64,000 bases of DNA from Betaproteobacteria bacterium (GTDB lineage Bacteria > Pseudomonadota > Gammaproteobacteria > Burkholderiales > SG8-39), in NCBI GenBank assembly GCA_947479645.1, contig CANKAJ010000003.1, forward strand, positions 4,127 to 68,126, written 5' to 3'. A program made the translations under genes and the position numbers. The notes under the pieces were generated by a model, which was given only the letters and a program-made list of their open reading frames with translations, had not been told where the DNA came from and did no database searches. Positions 52,585 through 62,614 of this stretch are shown in pieces; within the stretch, counting starts at the first letter, position 1; each line of letters starts with the position of its first letter.

Positions 52585-53765
52585 TTTGCCTCCTCCACCG
52601 TGGCCTGCAAGCCATGCAACTCTTCCAGCACTTCCTGTGTGTGTTCTCCTGATTGCGGCGGCGCCTGCACGCTGCAGGGGGTCTCCGAAAAATGCCAGGG
52701 CAGCCCCCCCACGAAAAACTCGCCCCACAATGGCGTATCAAACCGGGCGATCATGTCGTTGGCCAGTATTTGCGCGTGATGGCGATAGGTTTCAAAATGA
52801 TGCGCCATACTGCTCGGCACACCGTGACGCTGCAGAACCCGCAGCCACCAGAAGGCCGGTCGTGAGCGTATGACTGGCACAATCAAGGCACTCAAAGCCT
52901 GTCGATGCGACACCCGCTTGCGGTTATCGGCAAAACGCGGATCAGCAAGCCAATCAGGCTTTTCCAATGCAGCACAGAATCCCTTCCATTGCGATTCATT
53001 GTGCACAGTGATAAAGATTTCACGATCCTGTCCCAGATAGGCGCCATCTGGCACAAAGGCCGCAGACTCACTTCCCCGCGGCGACGGCACGAGCCCGGTA
53101 CCCAGCAATTCGGCATAACGCGTGTACTGGACTTCAAGTGCTGCCTCCAGCATGGAGACTTCAACTTTTTGGCCCTCTCCGCATACTTCGCGGTCCAGCA
53201 GCGCAGCCAGGATCCCCTCGGTGGCAACGGCCGCAGTGGCCAGGTCGATAAATCCGGTGAATCGGAGGGCTTCCACACCCTCTTGCGGAACGCCATTGGA
53301 GCGCGCGAAGCCGGAGAAAGCCTGCATGATCGGGTCGGCGCAGCCTGCGGTGGACAATGGCCCGGTTTCACCGAATCCGCAAATCGCGCAATAGATCAAG
53401 CGCGGATTGCGTGCCTTCACTGATTCGTAATCAAGCTTGAGGCGCTCGATCACACCACCGCGAAAATTCTGCACGAACACATCGCAAGTGGCCATGAGAT
53501 CAAGCGCATCACGGCGCCCTTGCTCGGTCTTGAAATCGAGCACGATGTCCTTCTTGTTGACGTTCATCGAGACATAGTTGGTACCCATGCCCCGTTGCGT
53601 CGGCATGACCCAGCGGGTGCCATCACCCGCCGGTGGTTCGACCTTGATGACCTCGGCGCCCAGCATACCAAGCAGCGCACCGGTCCACGGGCCTGCCGCC
53701 ATGATGCTGACATCCATTACACGCAGCCCCGTCAGCGGCCCTTGCTGTTTTACTTGCATTTCCAC
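52581..53765 (-). CDS. Family III CoA transferase
   Basis: PLTGLRVMD, LGAEVIKVEPPAGD, NVNKKDI, NFRGG, FIDLAT, GQKVEVSML. Confidence 0.9.
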   Translation of the reverse strand: MEMQVKQQGPLTGLRVMDVSIMAAGPWTGALLGMLGAEVIKVEPPAGDGTRWVMPTQRGMGTNYVSMNVNKKDIVLDFKTEQGRRDALDLMATCDVFVQNFRGGVIERLKLDYESVKARNPRLIYCAICGFGETGPLSTAGCADPIMQAFSGFARSNGVPQEGVEALRFTGFIDLATAAVATEGILAALLDREVCGEGQKVEVSMLEAALEVQYTRYAELLGTGLVPSPRGSESAAFVPDGAYLGQDREIFITVHNESQWKGFCAALEKPDWLADPRFADNRKRVSHRQALSALIVPVIRSRPAFWWLRVLQRHGVPSSMAHHFETYRHHAQILANDMIARFDTPLWGEFFVGGLPWHFSETPCSVQAPPQSGEHTQEVLEELHGLQATVEEAK

Positions 53766-53775
53766 CCTCTCCCGC

Positions 53776-54801
53776 CTACAAGGCCTTCAATGAATCGACC
53801 ACCTTGCGCTCGATCACGATACCTTCCTTGAGGCGACGCTCCCGTTCGCGATAAGCCCGCTCTGACGGGATGCGAATCTCGTCAACGCCCGGCTGGCGTG
53901 GTGTCGCCTTGACCTTGCGCACCAGTTCGGACATCTGCTTTTCAAATTCGCCCCCGGGCAGCATGATCGACGGATTGACCGCCCAGAACAGGAATCCGTA
54001 ATCCTGCACATCACCCCGCGTCAACGCAGCACCCGCGAGCAGCCCCAGCGCCTGGATCGCAAAGGACAAGCCGAAACCCTTGTAACCGCCAAATGTGCCG
54101 ACGCCCCCCTTGATGACCGCAGCCGCATCACGCGTCGGGCGCCCATCCTCATCGAAACCCACGCCCTCGGGCAAAGGCTCTCCGATATGGGCGTGCAACA
54201 ACACATCCCCCCACATCAGCGAGGCAGTCCCCATGTCGATGATCACCGGCCCATCCTGCGATGGAAATCCAAAGCAGATCGGATTGGTCCCCAATGCCGG
54301 GCGCTTGCCGCCCAGCGGCAGCACCCGCGGCACCGCACTGGCCACATGCATGGCTACATAGCCCGCTTTGACAATCTTCTCGACAAAATAGGCATTGCGG
54401 CCACTGTAATAGCTGTTATAGGCACCCACCGATGCCATGCCGGATGTACGCACCTTGTCGATGGTGATCTCGGCCGCCCTATAGGCTGCGATATAACCAA
54501 CATTGTTACCGCCATCGATCAGCGCGGACCCCGGCGTTTCATTGACAACGTGTACGGGCGTACGTGTCTTGCTCGTCTTGTCGTCCCCGGCAATGGCCAG
54601 TATGCGCGGCAGGCCGGCAAACTTGTATCCGCACAATGCATTGTCAACCAACTGATCAACGATGATGCGTGCATCCTCGCCGCTGTAGCCTACGCGCTGC
54701 AGCGCTGCCTCGCCAAGCTGGGCGGCTTCGGCCGCGCTGAGTCGCACGGTGTCCGGGCCATCGGCATCCAGCATGCCCTGAGTTGCATTCGGATTTTGCA
54801 C
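53776..54801 (-). CDS. Ldh_2 (malate/L-lactate dehydrogenase, AllD/DpkA-like) family oxidoreductase, atypical active site
   Basis: IDGGNNVG, LGTNPICFGFP, IDMGTA, GGYKGFGL, IRIPSER. Confidence 0.88.
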   Translation of the reverse strand: MQNPNATQGMLDADGPDTVRLSAAEAAQLGEAALQRVGYSGEDARIIVDQLVDNALCGYKFAGLPRILAIAGDDKTSKTRTPVHVVNETPGSALIDGGNNVGYIAAYRAAEITIDKVRTSGMASVGAYNSYYSGRNAYFVEKIVKAGYVAMHVASAVPRVLPLGGKRPALGTNPICFGFPSQDGPVIIDMGTASLMWGDVLLHAHIGEPLPEGVGFDEDGRPTRDAAAVIKGGVGTFGGYKGFGLSFAIQALGLLAGAALTRGDVQDYGFLFWAVNPSIMLPGGEFEKQMSELVRKVKATPRQPGVDEIRIPSERAYRERERRLKEGIVIERKVVDSLKAL

Positions 54802-54848
54802 AGACTGTCCTCATAAGTAGTTTCAAAATGAACACCCGGTAATAATTA

Positions 54849-54929
54849 TGTCATTCCGAGCGCAGCGAGGAATCTGCTGTTAATTCAAACCATAAAGCAG
54901 ATTCCTCACCCTTCGGGTTCGGAATGACA
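54849..54929. repeat. REP/MITE-like palindrome related to the 30689-30781 element
   Basis: TGTCATTCCGAGCGCAGCGAGGAATCTGCT...AGCAGATTCCTC...TTCGGAATGACA. Confidence 0.8.
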
Positions 54930-54949
54930 AATATCTTTGATTCCGGTTC

Positions 54950-55390
54950 TTATTTTTTGCCCGGCCGGAATTGCACCAGGGTGATGTCGGAAGTAATGTC
55001 TTCGAATACCGCTTCAACCGGCATGCCGATCTTGATGTCCTTGACAGCGCAGTCCAGGAAGTTCGTCGTCAGTCGCGGCCCCTCCTCCAGTTGAATCTGC
55101 ACAACCGCATACGGAACCTTGCTCTCAAACCATTTGGTCCAGGGCTTGTGGAATACGACGTAATTATGCAATGTGCCTCGACCGCTCATGCGGTCCCACT
55201 TGAATGACATCGAAAAGCAATGCGGGCAGGCGGGGCCGATCGGATACCAGGATTTCGCACACGAGTTGCAACGTTGCAAAATGATTTCGTGCTTGCGCGC
55301 CCCCTCCCAGAAGGGAAGTTCTTCCGGGTAGATGACAGGGAGGTATCGGCCGGTCTTCTCTTCGACCACTTTGTAGGATGGTTCCATCAC
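54950..55390 (-). CDS. Zn-ribbon/OB-fold (DUF35, ChsH2-like) acyl-CoA-binding protein
   Basis: PFWEG, LQRCNSC, ACPHC, VPY.V..IQLEEGPRL.TN, IGMPVEAVFE. Confidence 0.92.
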   Translation of the reverse strand: MMEPSYKVVEEKTGRYLPVIYPEELPFWEGARKHEIILQRCNSCAKSWYPIGPACPHCFSMSFKWDRMSGRGTLHNYVVFHKPWTKWFESKVPYAVVQIQLEEGPRLTTNFLDCAVKDIKIGMPVEAVFEDITSDITLVQFRPGKK

Positions 55391-56551
55391 TTATCTCCTG
55401 AAAATCACGGTTTCGCCAAGGAAGCTGCCGTACTGGCACACCTCGGCATCCTTCACCTGCCTGGGTCCGCACTCATGCCGCAATTGCCTGATTGCTTCAA
55501 TGAAAAGGTTCCACCCGACGACATGCCCCTCTGACAGCAGCCCACCGGAAGTATTGATGGGCAGTTCTCCGCCAAGCTCGATGCGTCCATCCTTGATGAA
55601 GTCCTTGGCCTCGCCTGGACCGCAGAAACCAAAGCGCTCAAGACCAAACAGAACCAATGGCGAAAATGCGTCGTAGGTAATCAGGAAGTCGATGTCCTTC
55701 TGAGTCACGCCCGCCATCTGGTAGGCATACAGATCCTCTTTCTGGGGCCTGTAGTTGAATACTTCCTGCTGCGCAACACCCAGACCAGGCAGGGTCAGAT
55801 TGTGGAATTGCGGACCGGCATGCACGCCTTGCATCCCCGAGATATAGACCGGCGGCTTCTTGCAATCCCTGGCCCGTTCGGCCGACGTAATAATCAGGCA
55901 CGCTCCGCCATCATTGTTCTGGCAGCAATCGAAAAGTCGCAGCGGCTCAACGATCCAGCGCGAATTCAGGTAATCCTCGCGCGTCATCGGACTGGTGCGA
56001 CAGGCCAGCGGATTGAGTTGGGCGTGCTTGCGGAAAGCCATCGCAATCGGCGCGAGATCATCGCCACTACCTCCATACATGTGGAAATAGCGCTGGGCAG
56101 CAATGGCTGCCCCAAACACCGGCCCCATCGCACCATAAGCCGGCGACTCGCCATGGGGTCCCAACCCCTGACGCCACATTTCAGTGTCCGCAAGCTGCCC
56201 GAAAGCCCTGCGCCTGCGGCCATGTACGATAGCCACGGCCTTTGCCATGCCGCTGGCTACCACCATGGCTGCCTGCTGCAGCATGGGCGCAATAAAGCGG
56301 CCATGACTCCAGCCCTGGTAGGCATAGCGCACGTCTGTGCCCACTGCTTCCAGAAAACGGTCGTAATCGTTGCCAAACGACAACTGAATCAAGCCGTCAA
56401 CGTCCTTGCGCTCCAGACCTGCATCTTCCAGCGCCAGATCGTAGGCTTCCACAGACAGCGCCAGCGCGCTCTTGTCCTGAAAGTTTCCGAGTGTCAGACC
56501 AACTCCGCAAACGGCCGTCTTATCGCGCATTGCCTGCGCCACTTGAGTCAT
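55391..56551 (-). CDS. Thiolase-like protein (SCP-x/Ltp2 type)
   Basis: HAQLNPLA, EPLRLFDCC..NDGG, YDAFS, LPINTSGGLLSEGH; no N-terminal catalytic Cys seen. Confidence 0.88.
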   Translation of the reverse strand: MTQVAQAMRDKTAVCGVGLTLGNFQDKSALALSVEAYDLALEDAGLERKDVDGLIQLSFGNDYDRFLEAVGTDVRYAYQGWSHGRFIAPMLQQAAMVVASGMAKAVAIVHGRRRRAFGQLADTEMWRQGLGPHGESPAYGAMGPVFGAAIAAQRYFHMYGGSGDDLAPIAMAFRKHAQLNPLACRTSPMTREDYLNSRWIVEPLRLFDCCQNNDGGACLIITSAERARDCKKPPVYISGMQGVHAGPQFHNLTLPGLGVAQQEVFNYRPQKEDLYAYQMAGVTQKDIDFLITYDAFSPLVLFGLERFGFCGPGEAKDFIKDGRIELGGELPINTSGGLLSEGHVVGWNLFIEAIRQLRHECGPRQVKDAEVCQYGSFLGETVIFRR

Positions 56552-56575
56552 GTTTCTCTTCCTTCCTGGTTGGAT

Positions 56576-57655
56576 TCAAATAACGATACAAGATTCTGCG
56601 GGCAGCCAGACACGTACGCGGTCTCCTGGAACCGGGAGACCAGGGCGTGCCGGCACTTCCGAAATCAAGATGCAGTTTTCCGAAATTCGGAGCGAATAAC
56701 GAACGCGGTCGCCGAGAAAATCGGCCTCGTCAACAGTACCTTCAAAAACATTGTCCGGGGCACGATCGTCTGCAGTCAGAAGGTGGACCTGATGGTGCCG
56801 GATGATCAGGTTGCGCTGTTTGCCGGAGGCGCCATCCCCAATTTCGGTAACCCGCAATCCCATTCCGCCGGCCAAGCGAAGCATGCCTGAAGCGTCCGTC
56901 AATTCAACCTGCAGCACATTGGCCTGACCAACAAACTCGGCCACAAACAAATGGGTTGGCCGGTCATACAGTTCGCGAGGCGTGCCTTCCTGAATGATTT
57001 CTCCATGATTCATCACACAGACACGGTCGGACAACACCATCGCTTCGATCTGGTCATGAGTCACATAGACGGCCGTTACATTGAGCTCGTTGTGAATACG
57101 GCGAAGCAGGATGCGCATGGAATCGCGCAGGCGGGCATCCAGATTGGACAGGGGTTCGTCATAAAGAATAACGTCAGGATCAGCCACCAGAGCGCGTGCC
57201 AGCGCCACGCGCTGCTGCTGCCCACCCGAGAGCTGGGCGGGATAGCGCTCTGCATAGGCACTTACCGGCAGTTCCACCAGTTCCATCATGCGCTCCACCC
57301 GCTTGCGCTCATCAGTTCCACCAATATTCTTGATCTTCAGCGGGAACGCGATATTTTCATACACCGTCTTGTGCGGCCAGACCGCGTAGCTCTGGAACAC
57401 CATGCCCATGTTGCGCTTGTAAGCAGGAACCGGTTTGCCTTTTCCGCTGACCGGGCGCCCCTGGATCTCGATCACCCCTTCATCGGGCACCTCCAGTCCG
57501 GCAATCATGCGCAATGTCGTGGTCTTTCCGGATCCACTGGGACCGAGCAAGGTTACGAATTCGCCTTTCTCAACGGTGAGATTGATGCCCTTGACTGCGG
57601 CAACCTCTCCGTAACGTTTCCACAGGTTGGTCAGCCTGATTCCTTCTGATGCCAT
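56576..57655 (-). CDS. ABC transporter ATP-binding protein (FbpC/PotA-like)
   Basis: GPSGSGKT, LSGGQQQRV, YDEPLSNLD, YVTHDQ, C-terminal TOBE domain. Confidence 0.94.
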   Translation of the reverse strand: MASEGIRLTNLWKRYGEVAAVKGINLTVEKGEFVTLLGPSGSGKTTTLRMIAGLEVPDEGVIEIQGRPVSGKGKPVPAYKRNMGMVFQSYAVWPHKTVYENIAFPLKIKNIGGTDERKRVERMMELVELPVSAYAERYPAQLSGGQQQRVALARALVADPDVILYDEPLSNLDARLRDSMRILLRRIHNELNVTAVYVTHDQIEAMVLSDRVCVMNHGEIIQEGTPRELYDRPTHLFVAEFVGQANVLQVELTDASGMLRLAGGMGLRVTEIGDGASGKQRNLIIRHHQVHLLTADDRAPDNVFEGTVDEADFLGDRVRYSLRISENCILISEVPARPGLPVPGDRVRVWLPAESCIVI

Positions 57656-57667
57656 GTATTCTTCCCG

Positions 57668-59389
57668 TCAGTCGTGTGATCGAGTTCGGACGTCGGCCCC
57701 GAAGACCCATCGGAATACCACCACGATGGCACCCACGATCAGCAGTTGGACAATGGCCAATGCGCTGGCTATGCCATAGGATCCGTCAATCAGATAGGAC
57801 CAGGTCAGTATCGGCAATGTCACCGACTTGACCCCGTAAAGAATGACCGACGTGCTGATCTCCCGCATCACGATCATGAATATCAGCAGCCATGTCGAGG
57901 CCAGCACCGGTTTCAGCAAGGGCATGTTGACGAACATGAAAGTGCGCAGCGGCGAAGCCCCTGACACGGTTGCCGCCTCCTCGAGGCTACGGTCAATCTG
58001 CGACAGGCCCGAACTGGTCGTTCTGACGCCATACACGAGATAGCGAATCACAAAAGCCAGCATCAGAATCCAGACGGTCAGATACAGCGGCGTTCCAACA
58101 TAAGCCCACAGCATACCGACACCAAATACGGTACCAGGAATTCCAATGGGCATCGCAATCAGATAGTCCGCAAACGCCAGTGGACCACTCTTGCGCCTGA
58201 CCATGCGATAGGCCAGCAGCAATCCGAGCACGGCGCAAATGGTGGCGGCTCCTGTTGCCAGATAGACTGAATTGCGCAAACCCAGCATCATGTCTTCGGC
58301 TACAAACAGTTGCTGAAAATTCTGCAATCCAAGCTGCGCGATCGTCAGTCCGGTGGTGCGAACCGGGATGAGCGCGCGTAACAACACCGCCCCCAGCGGC
58401 ACGGCAACCCCGACAATGAATACGGCCGCGCAAACCGCAAACACGACCGGACGCAGCGGCCCAAGACGGGTGACGGCCGGCTTGTAGCCTCGCGCAGTCA
58501 CCGTGACAAACCGCTCCGAACTGCGGGTCATGCGCCGGTACCAGTACAGGCCTATCGCCGAAATGATCAACAGCAGTGTTCCTGCCGCAGCAGCACCCGG
58601 CAGATCTGAGGGATACGCATTGGTTCTCTGATAGATCGCATAGGCGAGCGTGTCATAACGAATGTGCGACCCCAGAAAGCCTGGTATCGCAAACTGCTCA
58701 AGAGCAAGCGTAAAAATAAACAGCCCGGCGGCGCCAATGCTGCCCACCATGATCGGCACGGTAATGCGCATCAGTCGCTGCCACAGATTGGCACCCGACA
58801 TTTCAGCAGCCTCTTCCAGCGCCGGATCCATGGCCCTGAATGTGCCAACATTCAGGATGAATGCGTACGGAATGAAGTAAAACACCATCACGGCAATGAT
58901 CCCGCCGTATGAGTAGATGTTTATGATCGGTTCAACCGCACCGGTCAGCGCCTGCCACCACACATTGAGCAATCCGGCCCGCGGATCAGCCAGAACCGAC
59001 CAACCGATTACACCGACCAGCGGCGAATAGAGCATGGGAAGGAGGAACAGCATTTCAAACGTCCGCTTCCCGTACACGTCGGTGCGTGTCACCGCCCAGG
59101 CCAGAAACACACCCAATCCACAGGCAATGATCATGACCGGCACCGCCAGGCTGATCGAATTGATGGTCGCCGACTGCGTCCATCCGTTATCGAACAGTCC
59201 GGCATAAACCGACTGAAGATTATCGAGCGTCCAGGTTGCTCTGCGTGAACCGGGACTGTGCGTGCGCAAGGCGCCATACAACAAGGCACCCAGCGGCGTC
59301 AGAACAAGGCCGGCGACGACTGCAAGCAGCCCCCATGACCATACGCGCGCACTCGTCGAGGTCGGCGCCGCCAATGTGGATGTACTCAC
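57668..59389 (-). CDS. ABC transporter permease with two fused domains (FbpB-like)
   Basis: Two EAA loops (LEEAAEMSGA, LEEAATVSGA). Confidence 0.93.
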   Translation of the reverse strand: MSTSTLAAPTSTSARVWSWGLLAVVAGLVLTPLGALLYGALRTHSPGSRRATWTLDNLQSVYAGLFDNGWTQSATINSISLAVPVMIIACGLGVFLAWAVTRTDVYGKRTFEMLFLLPMLYSPLVGVIGWSVLADPRAGLLNVWWQALTGAVEPIINIYSYGGIIAVMVFYFIPYAFILNVGTFRAMDPALEEAAEMSGANLWQRLMRITVPIMVGSIGAAGLFIFTLALEQFAIPGFLGSHIRYDTLAYAIYQRTNAYPSDLPGAAAAGTLLLIISAIGLYWYRRMTRSSERFVTVTARGYKPAVTRLGPLRPVVFAVCAAVFIVGVAVPLGAVLLRALIPVRTTGLTIAQLGLQNFQQLFVAEDMMLGLRNSVYLATGAATICAVLGLLLAYRMVRRKSGPLAFADYLIAMPIGIPGTVFGVGMLWAYVGTPLYLTVWILMLAFVIRYLVYGVRTTSSGLSQIDRSLEEAATVSGASPLRTFMFVNMPLLKPVLASTWLLIFMIVMREISTSVILYGVKSVTLPILTWSYLIDGSYGIASALAIVQLLIVGAIVVVFRWVFGADVRTRSHD

Positions 59390-59419
59390 CTTTTAATACT
59401 TAAGCCGTCAGACTTCTGG

Positions 59420-60556
59420 TCAACGTTTCCAGCCGAGGATTCGTCTCATCTCCGGCATCAACTTCTCGTAGTTCTTGTCCCAGTCATCCATATCCGGAAT
59501 CCAGCGCGCTTTCGCCGGGTAAGGCTGCCACCAACTGGTCTGCTTGAGCTTTGCAATGGCCGAGCGCTGCTCGACCGCCCCCTTCAGGGTCGGTCGAGCC
59601 TGAACCGTCTCCACCGCTTTGGCGCCCTCGGGCGTAAAGAACCACGCGCTGAACAGCCGCGCAGCCGCAGGGTGCGGTGCCTGCTTGGAAATGGCCATGT
59701 AGGTGTTAGTAAATGATGGGGCGACATCCGGATAGGTCCAGGCGGTCTTGTCCCCTTTCAGAAACTCGATCATCGCCACGGAATCCCAGTTCGGGATAAA
59801 CACCGAGATGGCACCGGCAGCCAGATCCTCCCGCCCCGGCGCCGAACCGGGATACAAACGCGGGTTTTGTGCCGCCAGTTGTTCAACGAACTTGCGGCCG
59901 TATTCCGGCCTGCGATAGAACATCAGAAAAGTCGCAAACGCGACCCCGCCACCGGCCGGCTCATTAATACCGATCTTGCCCTTCAATTTGGGATTTAGCA
60001 GACCATTCCAGGTCTTGAACATTTCCTTGGCTTCTGCGTGCGGAATATGATCGGGATTGTAGGAGATGACAATGTCAGTCCACTTTGGACTGTACGCGAT
60101 GCCAGGCAGGTAGGTTCCCTTGTCCAACTTCTTGTCCAGATCGGCGAGGGTATACCTCAGGTACAAGCCCTCCTCGGCCAGGTCGCGCATGCCGGCGGGA
60201 TCGGCCGAATAATTCACGTCCATCACGTGCTGACCGGCACGCTCCTCGGTCATGAACTGCTGGGTTCCCAGAACGCCTACCTTACGATCCGATTGCACCT
60301 TGATGCCAAATCGAGCGGTAAAAGCTCGCGCAAATTCGGCCATTTCATCAACGGGTGAACTGTAGCGCACCAGCAACGTGCCTTCGCGCTTGGCTGCATC
60401 AATCAGACGCGGCGTAATTTCGACGGTTTCGACAGCTTGTGCGTGTGCGGACTGGGATTGCACGCCAAGAATACCGCCCGCGCCGGCTGCTGCAAGCGCG
60501 GTACCGGCCCGCAAAAATGAACGGCGACCGGGCAAGATGATTTTGGAATCTGACAT
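59420..60556 (-). CDS. ABC substrate-binding protein with Tat signal
   Basis: GRRSFLR twin-arginine, AAKREG.L..YS, APHPAAARLF..W. Confidence 0.88.
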   Translation of the reverse strand: MSDSKIILPGRRSFLRAGTALAAAGAGGILGVQSQSAHAQAVETVEITPRLIDAAKREGTLLVRYSSPVDEMAEFARAFTARFGIKVQSDRKVGVLGTQQFMTEERAGQHVMDVNYSADPAGMRDLAEEGLYLRYTLADLDKKLDKGTYLPGIAYSPKWTDIVISYNPDHIPHAEAKEMFKTWNGLLNPKLKGKIGINEPAGGGVAFATFLMFYRRPEYGRKFVEQLAAQNPRLYPGSAPGREDLAAGAISVFIPNWDSVAMIEFLKGDKTAWTYPDVAPSFTNTYMAISKQAPHPAAARLFSAWFFTPEGAKAVETVQARPTLKGAVEQRSAIAKLKQTSWWQPYPAKARWIPDMDDWDKNYEKLMPEMRRILGWKR

Positions 60557-60664
60557 AGCTGCTCCTCCGAGGGGGACTACGCTAGTTTAGAGTTCTTATT
60601 TTTAGACCAACGATCGTAAGCGTATCACTTTCTGACTGTCAAGCTTTCGGCTAACGTTGCCGCT

Positions 60665-62470
60665 TCATCCTGCGCGCAGCGCTTTCCATTTCTTCGGCAG
60701 TTGAATTTCCCTTGCCGTCGGATAACCATCCAGACCGTTGTGCAAGAAAATATAGGCACTGTTGCGTGCCGGGTCACCCGTCACAACGACCATGTAGTCA
60801 TCTGCCTCCCACACGATGGGAACCAGTCGCTTTGGATCATCGGACTCATGGAACACCCGCGGCAGGCGGCCCAGGCGCGCTTCGCTCGCCAGGTTCCAGG
60901 TCGGTTTTTGCGTCCAGTCGCGCAGAATGGTCTCAACCTCGCCTGCCGGCCTGCGCGCAAGGCGAAACAGCTCACGCTTGAAATCCTGCTTGGACCAGCC
61001 GCTGGCGGCCATGGTCTGCGCAAGTATCGGCGACAACATCACCAGCGGGCGCAAAGAGCCTCCGGTCGTGCCAACGGTAAAGGTGAGATGCCAGAAGTGC
61101 TGACTTGCCATCGCCGCTGCGAGATAGGGCATCATCTGTTCCGGCGTGCTGCCCGATACCGAGCCGATATGATTGCCGCCGGCAAATCGTGTAACCGTCA
61201 CCACATTGCTTCCGGCGGGAAAACCCATTTCCTCACTATTGGATTCCCAGCCGATCCTGGAGATGACATCCTCATTCTCGGCAACCACCACACGCCAGGT
61301 ATTGCCAAAAGTCGCCTTGTCATTGCGATGAGGCAGAAAGCCCGCGACATTGCGCAGATAGAGTCTCCAGAATCGGCCGATGGTTGTATTGGCCCGAAAA
61401 CCATCGCGCATGACACCTTGCGTGAAATTGAATCCGAGTTCCTTGATAATCGGCCCATTGATCAGTATCAGCGTGTCACTGCCAGGGGTGTTACCGCTAT
61501 GCTCCACTCCATAGTACGGATCTGCCATCGCTTCGATCAGTGCGACCAATATGGGCATGTACTCCGGACGACAACCGGCCATGACACCATTGACCGCCAC
61601 GCTCCAGACCGTCGCCGCTCGTCGATCAGGCAGCATCACGCCGAGCACATCTCCAGGATCGCGATCGGTATAGCGCAGGAATGCCTCTACCCGCTGGCGC
61701 GTCGGAATGTGTATGGGCAGACCGTCGGAGAGTTCGTTCCGGTAAAAGTAGTCTTCGATCTCATCGGCCGTGCCATGAACGACGATGTCACGTGCGCCAG
61801 GCTCGACATCGGCATCGGCCTGTTCAGGCTGCGTCAGCAGATTGGAGATAACCCTGTCCAGGGTGGATTCGATGATATTGCGCTTCAGCGTCTCGCTGCT
61901 CTGAACACCGGGGTGGCCAGGCACTGCGGCAACCGGAAGATTGGGCATGCCCTGCCCCATTGCAGCTGCCGAAGCCAGGCCCAGAAAGCCATCGCAAACC
62001 AGTGAAGAAGTCGGAACGCCCAGCGCTTCACACGCTGCACTGGCCCGCAACACGGCGGGCGTGCAGCTGCCTCAACAGCCCATGCCGCAAATGACGGCAT
62101 CGACCCCCAGTTCACGAAATCGTCGTGGCAGCGACGCGAGTATGGCCTTCTCATCGGAGCCCTGAATGCTGCCGAACTCGCGCCAGCTTATGAAACGCAC
62201 CCCCGGAAAGCGATCGCGCAGCCCATCTTCAAGACAGGCGAACACCTCGTCACCGCGAAACAGATAATCCCAGAGCTGGACAACAGTCTTTCCTTCAAGC
62301 GTATCCAGACGCCGTGCCAGCGGTCTGGCGGCAGTCTGGCGTGGACTGCGGGGCCAGAATGCCTCCAGTTGCTCGCCCTCTTCAGGCAACACGCTGACAC
62401 TCAGCTTGCGGCCATCGCTTTGGGCACCGCCTTGGGCAGCCTGGCTGATCTTTGTTTTTGACGCCCGCAT
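60665..62470 (-). CDS. UGSC-family selenoprotein (about 601 aa; Sec at UGA 62074-62072)
   Basis: ORFs 62072..62470 and 60665..62053 are in frame: ...DAVICGMGC-TGA-GSCTPAVLRA...; SECIS-like hairpin immediately follows. Confidence 0.88.
62034..62067 (-). promoter_or_regulatory. Bacterial SECIS-like stem-loop
   Basis: GCTGCAC-GCCCGC-[CGTGTT]-GCGGGC-CA-GTGCAGC; begins 4 nt after UGA, apical loop 17 nt after UGA with G in its second position. Confidence 0.8.
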
Positions 62471-62614
62471 CCTGCCCCCTTTTGACCGCTTCCAGTCAAA
62501 CTCAGAATGATCTTCTGCATCCTTGATGCAACAGATAAGTCAGCCTCCACATCCCGACTGATAGCTCTGATGATAACCGGGATGGCGGGTGCCGGTGGCA
62601 CGATTGCGGTAACT

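Noticed and set aside
62072-62470. Stand-alone 132-aa protein, or a nonsense-mutated pseudogene
   Set aside because: The in-frame UGSC context and SECIS-like hairpin favour Sec read-through
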